From: Macrostomum lignano
Taxonomy: Eukaryota
Assembly (NCBI GenBank): GCA_002269645.1
Contig: NIVC01000153.1
Location: 62,001 to 126,000, forward strand
Direction: 5' to 3'
DNA: 64,000 nucleotides
The notes beneath the pieces were generated by a model. It saw nothing but the letters and a program-made list of their open reading frames with translations. It was not told the DNA's origin and did no database searches. The position numbers and the translations under genes were made by a program. This document shows positions 38,570 through 50,900 of this stretch, piece by piece (the stretch's first letter is position 1; each line of letters opens with the position of its first letter).

Positions 38570-38815
38570 AGCGCCACAGGGCACATTTTAGTGTCACAGG
38601 CCAGAATTTAGCGCCCCAGGCCAGATTTTAGCGCCACAGACCAGATTTTAGTGCCATTTTAGCGCCTCAGGCCAGATTTTAGCGCCACAGGCCAGAATTT
38701 AGCGCCACATGCCAGATTTTAGCGCCACATGCCAGATTTTAGCGCCTCAGGCCAGATTTTAGCGTCACAGGCCAGAATTTAGCGCCACATGCCAGATTTT
38801 AGAGCCACAGGCCGC
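38570..38815. repeat. Minisatellite, 20-bp GCCAGATTTTAGCGCCACAG
   Basis: Tandem copies upstream of GMPPA. Confidence 0.9.
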
Positions 38816-38965
38816 AACAATGTCAATACCAGGGGACAGCTGTCCCCTCTGTTTCTGCCCCCCCTCTGTTCCCCGGTGCCTCTATCATAAACAATAGACG
38901 GATGTATGTAGTGTTATTATTATTACTATTAATATGGCTATTGCAGCGCCCAAAGCACAGCAAGC

Positions 38966-41900
38966 ATGCCAGCCTGCGACTCGAATCCCGAGGCAACCTA
39001 CAAAGCCGTTATCTTGCTAGGCGGCCCGGCCAAAGGAACGAGATTTCGTCCGCTGTCACTCGACCAGCCGGTTCCATTGATGTCCATCGGCGGCTATCCG
39101 TTGATATTTCATCACGTTGAGGCGTGCGCAGCCGTGCCTGGCATGCGAGAGATCATCCTGATTGGCTACTATCCCAAAGATCAGCTAAGCCAGTTTGTTG
39201 ACGAATGCCAGCGCAAGTTCGGCATCAGGATGCGCTATTTACAGGAGTTCACGCCGTTGGGCACAGCGGGCGGTCTGTATCATTTCCGGGACCAGATTAT
39301 GCTGGGCGATCCGGCCGCCTTCTTTGTTATGAACTCTGACGTCTGCTGCGATTTCTCTTTGGCCGATATGCTGGCTAAGCATAGGCCCGGGACCTATACT
39401 GTGATGTGCACGGAGGCTACTAGGTCTCAGAGCGTGCAGTACGGCTGCGCGGTCATACGGAAGGGCACGGACGAGGTGAGGCTTAGCCTACATGTACATG
39501 TGACTGGTTAGGGGGTTTAGTTTGCATTTCTAAACTCTTCTCTGTCACTCTCACCGAACTTTAACCCCCCCCCTCTTGCCAGATATGTCCCTCTCCCTTC
39601 TCTACCGCTCTCCCCTGCTCTCTTCTCTACTGCTCTCCCCTGCTCTCTTCTCTACCGCTCTCCCCCGCTCTCTTCTCTACCGCTGTCCCCTGCTCTCTTC
39701 TCTACCGCTGTCCCCTGCTCTCTTCTCTACCGCTCTCCCCTGCTCTTCTCTACCGCTCTTCCCTGCTCTCTTCTCTACCGCTCTCCCCTGCTCTCTTCTC
39801 TACCGCTCTCCCCTACTCTCTTCTGTACCCCGTTCTTATAAGATCCCGTAGATCCGTCAGAATAACCATTAAGGAGAAACCCATAGGCTTGGGTACTTTT
39901 GAAAAGCTCAACAATACAGCACTGATCATCATCAACATTTTCACATTGATTTGAATTCAAGTCAGGTGTCTATATACCATATATCTAATCAATGAAACTC
40001 CTATTCAGATAATGCACTATGTAGAGAAGCCGGCCACATTTGTCAGCACAATGATCAATTGCGGCGTGTACATACTCAGCCCCAGCATTTTTCAATACTT
40101 AAAATCGGCCGTTAAAGTGCACAAAGATGCACATTTCACGTGAGAAACTCTGCTCCATACGTTCTAAATTTTGAGTTTTTACAAAATATTAACAACTGCG
40201 CCTTATGCATGCATTAATAATCTATAAATCTATTCCTTGCAGCTTCGATCTGTCCTCTCAGTGCAACGAGTGCGTTCAGATGGAACAAGAGGTATTCCAG
40301 CCATTGGCTAGTCGTAACTGCCTATTTGCTTACGTCACGACCCGCTTCTGGAGTCAGGTCAAAACCGCTGGGTGAGGCTTCCGTATATATATAGATTCTT
40401 TTCACTGTTGACAATACTGCAGGATAGCGAGATGCTGCGTAGTTGTAATTCTCGACTGTGTAACATTCTCAAGCTCTTCTCTGCCGCTCTTCCCGAACTT
40501 TACTACCTACTCAGTTCTCTTCCCGAACTTTACCACCTACTCAGTTCTCTTCCCGAACTTTACCACCTACTCAGTTCTCTTCCCGAACTTTACCACCTAC
40601 TCAGTTCTCTTCCCGAAGTTTACCACCTACTCAGTTCTCTTCCCGAACTTTACCACCTACTCAGTTCTCTTCCCGAAGTTTACCACCTACTCAGTTCTCT
40701 TCCCGAACTTTACCACCTACTCAGTTCTCTTCCCGAAGTTTACCACCTACTCAGTTCTCTTCCCAAACTTTACCACCTACTCAGTTCTCTTCCCAAACTT
40801 TACCACCTACTCAGTTCTCTTCCCGAAGTTTACCACCTACTCAGTTCTCTTCCCGAATTTACCACCTACTCAGTTCTCTTCCCGAATTTACCACCTACTC
40901 AGTTCTCTTCCCGGATTTACCACCTACTCAGTTCTCTTCCCGTAGTTTACCACCTACTCAGTTCTCTTCCCGAACTTTACCACCTACTCAGTTCTCTTCC
41001 CGAAGTTTACCACCTACTCAGTTCTCTTCCCAAACTTTACCACCTACTCAGTTCTCTTCCCGAAGTTTACCACCTACTCAGTTCTCTTCCCGAAGTTTAC
41101 CACCTACTCAGTTCTCTTCCCGAAGTTTACCACCTACTCAGTTCTCTTCCCGAAGTTTACCACCTACTCAGTTCTCTTCCCAAACTTTACCACCTACTCA
41201 GTTCTCTTCCCGAATTTACCACCTACTCAGTTCTCTTCCCGGATTTACCACCTACTCAGTTCTCTTCCCGTAGTTTACCACCTACTCAGTTCTCTTCCCG
41301 AACTTTACCACCTACTCAGTTCTCTTCCCGAAGTTTACCACCTACTCAGTTCTCTTCCCAAACTTTACCACCTACTCAGTTCTCTTCCCGAAGTTTACCA
41401 CCTACTCAGTTCTCTTCCCGAAGTTTACCACCTACTCAGTTCTCTTCCCGAAGTTTACCACCTACTCAGTTCTCTTCCCGAAGTTTACCACCTACTCAGT
41501 TCTCTTCCCAAACTTTACCACCTACTCAGTTCTCTTCCCGAATTTACCACCTACTCAGTTCTCTTCCCGGATTTACCACCTACTCAGTTCTCTTCCCGGA
41601 TTTACCACCTACTCAGTTCTCTTCCCGGATTTACCACCTACTCAGTTCTCTTCCCGAACTTTACCACCTACTCAGTTCTCTTCCCAAACTTTACCACCTA
41701 CTCAGTTCTCTTCCCGAATTTTACCCCAATTCAGTTGTCTTCCCGAACTTTACCCTCTTTTTGATAAAAAAGCAAACAAAAAATATAAATTTGCATTTCT
41801 GAAAGCTATCTATTTTGAACAGATTTGTTTGTTAGAGCTGAAGATTTAAAATTTTGTAGAGCGTTTAGTCAATCAGTGAAAAATTTCACTTAGCTATAAA

Positions 41901-44900
41901 TACTCGTAGAAAGTCGAAAATCAATTCAGACCACAAAACTGAGGTTTGACCGGTTCTCTTCATCTGCTTAGTAGCTGATTGCAATATATATGAAAAGGTA
42001 GTGGCTATTTTACTGTACAATAGAGGAAATTAGTAGACAATAGAGGAAAGAAGAATACGTACGAAGCGACACTGTGCGTTATACATGAAAAGGTCTTCAT
42101 AGTAGGCAGCTGTTCGTTTTGCACAAACCGTGTGTCCTCGCCATCAATCATCGAGTTGCACAAAAAATCCGATTTCGGATGCATCCAACGAGGCCTCATT
42201 GCCTTCCATTGTCGTGACTCTCTCCGATGCTGACTTGGCCGGAGTTGGAGGAGCCGAGCAGTTCAGTTAATCTCGAAGGTTGGCCCAGCTGTTCGCTTGT
42301 GGCTTCTAAGTAGGTAATGCGTCGTTCAATTGTATGCCTGGTTGCGGCATCTAGCAGAGGCGAATTATCGCCCGGTACATCTGGCAAGAATGCGCTGCTG
42401 CAAGCTGACCGAAATGGCCCTCGAATGCGACGCAGACTTGCGTTCGATTGATCTGCATTTGCTTGCCGTGCATAAACCTGGTGACAGCAGTACGCACTCC
42501 TAGCCTTCAGATTTTCCACTTTGGCTAAGAGAACTTCAACTTCTAGTCTTTTGTCCTTTAATTCCTTCGCGATACTTTCAAATGCCTGCAGGATATTGAG
42601 CTTCTCCGAATTCATCAGCTCAACTTGGCTGTTCAAAGACCGAATTTGGCAGCTTTTTTCTTCCAGATGCAACAATAGCGTCTTTAATTGATGAGCAGTA
42701 TCAGCCGCGGGATTTTGCTCTACATCGGCTGCTGTCCCGACGAAGCTAGTCTGTTTGTGCGTTTCTGCAGTAACCCGAGGCTCCAACGACTTTTGTCGAT
42801 CGATTTGAGCACTCGGAGATTCAGCAGTTTCATTGAATTCCTTTAATTTTGTCATCGCTTCGGCCAGTTTGCATCGCTCAGCTTCCAACTGTTCTTCAGC
42901 AGCCTTTCGACAATCGATTTCGGTAGCTTTCAGCTGCATAACACTGCTCAGTTGCTTTGATAGCTCAGCAACTTGAATAGCACTCGCATTCAGCTCCTTT
43001 GTCAGATCACTTGTTGAAAGCTTTTCGGCTTGAAGCTGTTTTTCTACAGCGATTCGCTGTACCGTCTCTTGATCCATCTTGTCAGTCAGCGACAGATTCT
43101 CAGCACGAAGGAAGTCTATTTCAACGCCGCAAGCTTTAAGCTCTGACTCGAGATCGCCTTGCATCCGATCTTTAGCTGTCCTATGTTCGTCAATGATTTC
43201 CTTGAACTCTTTGCTGAATTCTAACTGAGCATCAATCAGAGATTTAAGTTCAAGACATTTCGATTCTAAAATTTTTACCTGTTGTAACAATCCGTCGCAT
43301 CGTTGAGTCGCACTCTGAATAGCAAAATTTTTCTCTCGAATTTGCACTTTCAGCCTCACTATCTCGCTGGACTTTTTATCAATTTCATTAATTAAGTCTC
43401 TCTCGCGAGTCTTTGCTTGATTCTCCAGCATCTGTCGGTTTTTCTGCTCTTGCATATGAGCAGCACTCAGCACTCGAGCCTCTTCAACTGATTCCTTGAG
43501 CTGCGCTTGTATTGTTTCCAGGTGTTGATTGTACTGTTCCGCATCCAGCTGCTTGGAGTCAGTAAGGCTAGCAATCTGTTCGGCTGCATCCTTGAGCTCA
43601 GCCTTTATTGTATGTATCTGTTGAGCATCACACTGTTTTGACTCTGTCAGACTAGCAATCTGCTTGGCTGAATCTTTGAGCTCAGCCTTCATTCTTTCTA
43701 TCTGTTGCTGGTACTGATCAGCATCGAGCTGCTTGGATTCTGTCAAGCTCGAAATCTCTTCAGTTGCATCCTTGAGTCGATCCTTCATTGTTTCCAGTTG
43801 TTGAGCATCAGGCTGCTTGGATGCGGTCAGATTAGCAATCTGTTCAGCTGCATCCTTGAGCTCAGCTTTCATTGTTTCTATCTGTTGATTGTATTGATCA
43901 GCATCATGCTTCTTAGACTCAATCAGTGTAGCTATCTGTTCAGATGCACTCTTAAGCTCAGACTTCATTGTTTCGAGCTGTTGATGGTACTGCTCCGCAT
44001 CAAGCTGCTTAGACTGGGTTAGATGCGCAGTCTTTTCAGATGCATTCTTAAGCTCAGCCTTCATTGCCTCTATCTGTTGCTGATGTTGGTCAGTATCGAG
44101 CTTGATGGTCTCAGTCAAGCTAGCAATCTTTCCATTTGCATCCGTCAGGTCAGCTTTCATTGCTTCCAGTTGTTGATGGAACTGGTCAGCATCCAGCTGC
44201 TTTGACTCTGTCAAACTGACAATCTGTTCAGCTGCATCCTTGAGCTTAGTCTTCATTGCTTCCAGCTGTTGGTTGTACTGCTCCGCATCAAGCTGCCTGG
44301 AGTCAGTCAGGATGGAAATCTGTTCAACTGCATCCTTGAGCTCAGTCTTCACAGTTTCTATCTGTTGATTGTATTCATCAGCATCATGCTTTTTGGACTG
44401 AGTCAGGCTAGCAATCTGTTCCAATGCATTCTTAAGATCAGCCTTCAGTGTTTCCAACTGTTGAGCATCAAGGTGCTTAGACTCGGTCAGACAAGCAATC
44501 TGTTTAGCTGCATCTTTGAGTTCGGCTTTCATTCTTTCTATGTCTTGATTGTATTGATCAGCATCAAACTTTTTCGACTCAGTCAGGTTATAAATCTCTT
44601 CAGATGCATTCTTGAGCTCGGACTTCATTCTTTCCAGCTGCTGATTGTACTGCTCTGAATTTTTAAGCTCAGTCGTCATTGCCTCTATCTGTTGCTGATG
44701 TTGGTCAGTATCGAGCTTGATGGTCTCAGTCAAGCTAGCAATCTTTCCATTTGCATCCGTCAGCTCAGCCTTCATTGCTTCCAGCTGTTGATGAAACTGG
44801 TCAGCATCCAGCTGCTTTGACTCTGTCAAACTGGCAATCTGTTCGGCTGCATCTTTGAGCTGGGCTTTCATTGCTTCCAGCTGTTGGTTGTACTGCTCCG

Positions 44901-47900
44901 CATCGAGCTGCTTGGACTGGGTCAGATTAGCAATCTGCTCAGCTGCATCTTTGAGCTGGGCCTTCATTGTTTCTGTCTGTTGGTTGTACTGCTCTGCATC
45001 GAGCTGCTTAGCCTGGGTCAGATTAGCAATCTGCTCAGCTGCATCTTTGAGCTGGGCCTTCATTGTTTCCAGCTGTTGGTTGTAATGCTCCGCATCAAGC
45101 TGCTTAGACTGGGTCAGATTAGCAATCTGCTGAGCTGCATCTTTGAGCTCAGTCGTCATTGCTTCTATCTGTAGATGAGATCGGTCAGCATCAAGCTTCT
45201 TGGACTCAGTAAGGCTAGAAATCTGTTCAGCTGCATCCTTGAGTACAGCATTCATTCTTTCAATCTGTTGATTGTACTGATCATTATCGATCGTCTTGGA
45301 CTCAATCAAGCTAGTCATCTGTTTGGCAGTATTACTCTGTTCAACTGCATCCTTGAGCTGAGCCTTCAATGTTTCAATCTGTTGCTGGTATTGATCAGTA
45401 TCGAGCTGCTTCGATTTGGTCAAACTAGCAATCTGTTGGCCTGCGTCTTTCAGCTGAGCTTCCATTATTTCTATTTGCTGATGGAACTGATCAGCATCAA
45501 ACTGCTTGGACTCGGTCAGACTAGCAATCTTTTCAGCTGCATCCTTAAGCTGAGCCTGCATGGTCTCAGTCGTTTCACTGTGTTGGTCAATATTAAACTG
45601 TCTTGTCTCATTCAGTTTTGAAACTTGTTCAGTCGCATCATCGATTTGAGTGTTGAGGATCTTAATCTGTTTGCTATGATGCTCAATCTCGCATCGCCTA
45701 GTCTCGGACAGACTACGCAGCTGCTCTTGCAGCTCACCAATATGGTCATCTTTTTTAGACAGTCCTTGTTGCATTTCGATCAGATGCTGTGTTTTGTCAG
45801 TAAGTCTCTGTTCAAGAGTCTTGATATATTCGTGATCAGTCTTTCTTGCCTCCAGAAGGCTCCGCAGCTGCTCCTGTAACTCTTCATTAAGTCCAATTTT
45901 TAAGTTGAGCTCCGAGGTAAGAGAGCTTGCAGATTGTTTCTCAGAGTCCAACTGTTCTTGTAGTCGTATCACGCCCGTCTCGCTCTCCTGCCTCTGAGTG
46001 AGCGCATCGAGCTCTTGCCTGTACCGCTCGATTTCACTATTTCTGTCCTCCAGCTCAGCCAGAGCCCGAATGAGTCGCTGCCTCTCATCGGCGAGCTCCT
46101 GTCGCAGCTCAGCGATCTGCGAGTCGCTAATTGGCGTAGTATCATCTTGAGTGCTGACGTTTATCTTATTGCCAAACTTGTCCTCTGCATCTTGCAGTTG
46201 CCTATTCAACTCTCTCATCTCTTGGCTCATTTGTCCTAGTTCGCTCAGAACTTTTCTGAGTCTAGCTCGCTCGTCTTGCAACATTTGCTCTCGCTTTTCC
46301 ACTGAATCATCAGAAAAGTTGCCTGTCTGCTGGCCTTCGCTTTCACTTGCTCTAGCAATCAAGCGATGAAGAGCCTCTTCATTGTGCTCCAGCTTCTGCT
46401 GCAGGCCAATCAAAGCTTCAGGTTCGACACCCTGACGCCTATCGGAAACACCTAAATTCATCCTCGGACTGGTAGATGCCAACTCCGACTTCTCGTCGCT
46501 GCTCGTCGCCTCTGTTGTCATTGGAGAGCAGCGGTCAACTCCGTCTTGCCGGGCCGACTCGTCGGTCAGGTGAGCGAAAATCGTCGCGTCCTGGCAGGCG
46601 CTGGACGTCTCGGACTCGCCGGCTGCGCTGGTCAGTCGGGTTCGCTTCGCGGCTTCATCAGGTCTGGGAGACAAACTGCTTTGTTGTGATGATAGGGTAC
46701 CGTGCTCTTGTCAACGATTTTTTTAATTGAGCATACCCTGGTATCATGGTTCATGCCAACATTTTAAAAAGAATAACTTAATAGTACAAAATTACGAATG
46801 TCAAGGAAACCTACTCTTGCGACTCTAATAGGAATAAAAGCTGCATGGATGCTAACCCATTGATCTGAGAAGGAACTGCATTTAATTGATCTGTAATAGT
46901 CCCGTTTTTTTGCGTTTGATAATAAAAAATCACTGGAAACTATGAAATCTATGCAGTTGATTTCTGTCACAAACTGTTTAGAGTAAATAAGTAAACTCAC
47001 CTGTCCAGCTCCATCTCGATGTTCCAGTCAGCCCTGTCGGGAGCCACGTCCATCGTTACCGCCGATTCAGTTGGCGGGTTCGACAACTGAAAATGCAGCA
47101 AAAGACTTTAAATTAACATTAACATAGCTCTTTAAAGTCGATATGATTAAACGTTCTTACGAGCTACTAGCAATCAGCACACCCCCCCCCCTGTTGGAGG
47201 CAACAAAGAAACGAAAAATGTTTTCACCCTGTATTGTTAGTATATTCTAAGGAAAATGATGTTTAAAGCACAAAAGCATCAGCCCTGAAAGCCAGCTATT
47301 TAGCTCCCAAGATATCAGCATCCCCTGTGAGCTTTGGTATCAAAGCCTCCCTTTAACCCTAACTCTTCCTTTGATCTACCTTTGGCTTGACCTACCAACC
47401 ACTTACAGTTGACTCTTGGCATTTCAGCAACCCCCTTATAAGTATTGGCATCTCATCGATTACCCCGTGGGTCTTAGCATCTCAGCAATTCTCCCCAAGA
47501 GCCACAGCATTTCAGAAATTCCCTCCCCGAGCCTTGACATCTCAGCAACCCCCATAAGCCTTGACATCTCAGCAACTCCCCATTATAGCCTTGACATCTC
47601 AACAACCCCCCATGAGCCTTGAATCCTCAAAACTCACCCATGAGCCTCGACATCTTAAAACTCACCCATGAGCCTCGACATCTTAAAACTCACCCATGAG
47701 CTTTGACATTTCAAAACTCACCCATGAGCTTTGACATTTCAAAACTCACCCATGAGCTTTGACATTTCAAAACTCACCCATGAGCTTTGACATTTCAAAA
47801 CTCACCCATGAGCTTTGACATTTCAAAACTCACCCATGAGCCTTGACATTTCAAAACTCACCCATGAGCTTTGACATTTCAAAACTCACCCATGAGCCTC

Positions 47901-50900
47901 GACATCTTAAAACTCACCCATGAGCTTTGACATTTCAAAACTCACCCATGAGCTTTGACATTTCAAAACTCACCCATGAGCTTTGACATTTCAAAACTCA
48001 CCCATGAGCTTTGATATCCTAAAATTCACCCATGAGTCTTGACATCTCAGCAATTTCCCCCGCAAGAGTTGACATCACAGTGATTCTCCCCCAAGAGTCA
48101 CAGAATTATAGTAATCCCCCCGAGCCTTGGCATCAAAGCAATTTCCGAAATGAGCCTTGAAGTCTTGGCGCTTCCACAAATAATCTTTTATGTTCGACAT
48201 GGTGGTTATTTTATGGTTTAATCCTCCCTAACCCTAACTGTGCTTAAAGTCACAGCATATCAGCCATCCTCCATGAGCCACAGCATTTCAGCAATCCCCC
48301 CATAAGTTTTGGCATCTCAGCAATTCCCCATGAGCCTTGAGCCTTCAGCCACAGTATTTCAGATACCCCCATGAACCCTGACAACCCAGCAGTTCACCCC
48401 CTCCATGAGCCTTGACATCTTAGCAATTCGACCACCAGTCTTTTATGGTTAAACACTAACCTTGCCCTAACCCTGCCCCTAAACCCACCTAAAATTTCCA
48501 ACTAAAATCTAACAAGAAACTGTCATAATACCTTCGTAAGGTGTTCATCACTCTTCGATCCGGTTTCTGTATCTTCCATGGTCTAAAAAATGAATGTTGC
48601 TTGTACGCGGTAGCATGCTAATACTGCATATTTGTGCAGCTTAAAGGTATAAGTGGGTTTAAACCTGTTCATAAATACCATTAAACACCTTCTGTATCTA
48701 GATCTAGGTTGTTTCTCAGTGTTTCTCAAAATACAGCTGCCACTACATTTTGGCTTTCATCGAAAACATCGTGATGGATGCTAAGACATCCGGATATCAC
48801 ATAAAGCAGATCTGGATCCACTAATTCAACACTAAGCAGCCCAGCAACAGCAACTCACCAAAAGATTCGGCCGCATCATTTCAATCTCAGTAGGCAAGCA
48901 GTGGCTGCTGTTTGAATTTTTACCGTCCTCGCCGCCTTCTTCGCCACCGCTAGCGCAGTTCTGACTATTAGAGTCCGCAAGTTTATTAACGTCATCCGAC
49001 ATTTTTATCTACAAGAAATTACAATACTAACCGCTTAATTTGTGGTTAGAAGTCAGGCTGAGCTTCCTAACTTCAAGGCGATCGAAGCAAATTCTAGACA
49101 ACTGATTTCTTGTTAAGAAGGCGTCAAATTTTAACAAATACAACAACAGGCAGATCAATAAATTTATATCTATGGCCAAACGTAATTGCCCGGGAGCTAA
49201 AATAATGCAGGGTAGTGAAATAAGTTTACAAAAACAGAAGTGCACACACACTTGAACATTCTTGCTTCTTTTTAAAAGAAAACTTACGAAACCACATCTG
49301 AACCGGAGACAGTCTCTGCCGTCATTACTTGACTGTCCGAAGTTTCACATTTAACAGTATCGGAACCGGCGCATGAAGCTGGCTGGATATAGGTTTACTG
49401 GCTTTGCCTTATAGACCTTATGTTCATTCTGCAGTTCTGGATGGAGCCAAAAATCACTGTTTTACCATGCGATAGTGCGAGTGATTTACGGTTTCAGGAA
49501 CTTCATAGTCTTCATAGTTTCTCGGCTCTGTACGTTGAATGATGTGGACCATGCTAAGCTGTCTAATTGCCAGCCGCTCGAATAACAAATTGTGCCAGCG
49601 GCACGGAAGCATCCTTGTCTTCTCCTTGTACTTTGAATAGTGCATAATCAATACAATAATATACAATAGTATCATTTCTTAATGCCTACTCTAGAGGTTC
49701 TTGGGGTTTTTTCAGAATCATAGTGCCATTTGGCATCCCAGGCCCTCTAAAATATTCAACGAAAAGGAACGGGTGAATTCGTATTTGAACTCACGAAATG
49801 CATATAGTAAATCGAGTTAAAGGCAAATTAGAAACAAGAAAGAACGTAAAAGCAACAAACAAACACATTTCAAGACAAAGTGCCGCTGTAGCAGTCGCAG
49901 AGCACGCGAATAAAAAGATTAATTTTATGCATCCCACTTTGCCTGTACGCCTTGTCTATGTCGCTAGTGCTTTGCTAGCGGAGATTCTCACTAAGTAACC
50001 TCCGCTGCCATAGACAATAAAATTAAAACCGTGAGTCAGATCGAGTTGATTCATGGATGAAGGAATAGAAATGATTGCTCATCTGAAAGCGAGTCTATGA
50101 CCAAGACTTCCTAAAAATTGGGATATTACCCCCATGAATTTCATTGGCTGCTTGAATTTAATAAGTCCCCCCCCAATTTTTTAATGGCTGAAGCTTGTAC
50201 GCGGGGGAAATTCAACGCGCATGCTAGGCTGTGGTATTAACATAGATAACCTTTTCTCTTGTTTCAAATGCTAATTTCTTTCCCTTAAACGTCCTAGCCC
50301 AAAGGAAGAAAGCAGTTATAGATGTCTAACGTTAATCGTGACTTTGGAATTCCCCCCCGTACAAACTGCAGCAAGTAAGAAATTAGGGGACTATTATTAA
50401 ATTCAAGCAGTCAATGAAATTCATGGGGGGAATATCCCAATTTTAAGGAAGGGGTCTTGGCCATAGACTCGCTTTCAGATGAGCAATCCTTTCTATTCCT
50501 TCATCCATGGGTTGATTGAACACTTTCTTCTTCTACCATAGACAAAACGTGTCCCGCTAATACAGGGAGCGGAGAATGCTCATAATCTCCGTGAATCTAG
50601 TCAATATTCTTCGCTCCTTGCATTCGTGGAATACATTTCAATAACTAACTGAAACTCGGAGAATGTCTATGGCAAATCTCCTCGTTTACTGTAGGTTATT
50701 ATACATAAGCACCATCCCAGGTCAGCTAAAACCTATTACAGAGCCGGTGAAACCGTCCCCGAAATCGTGATAGAGTATTCGAAATTAGTTAGAAAATTAG
50801 AAATCCATCTGTATAAAATTCTTGATGAAGTTTTGGCATCGCAGGTCCACAAACTCAGGATGCCACGAAACCCAGGCCTATTGATCTTCGCTAATTGAAC

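Noticed and set aside
40372-41802. 476-aa Leu-rich ORF (YHLLSSLPEL) resembling an LRR protein
   Set aside because: A 30-bp intronic minisatellite; the ORF starts at the GT splice donor of GMPPA intron 3.
46674-46674. TTG start of the 1492-aa ORF
   Set aside because: It lies just inside a CAG acceptor; upstream exons supply an ATG at 49002.
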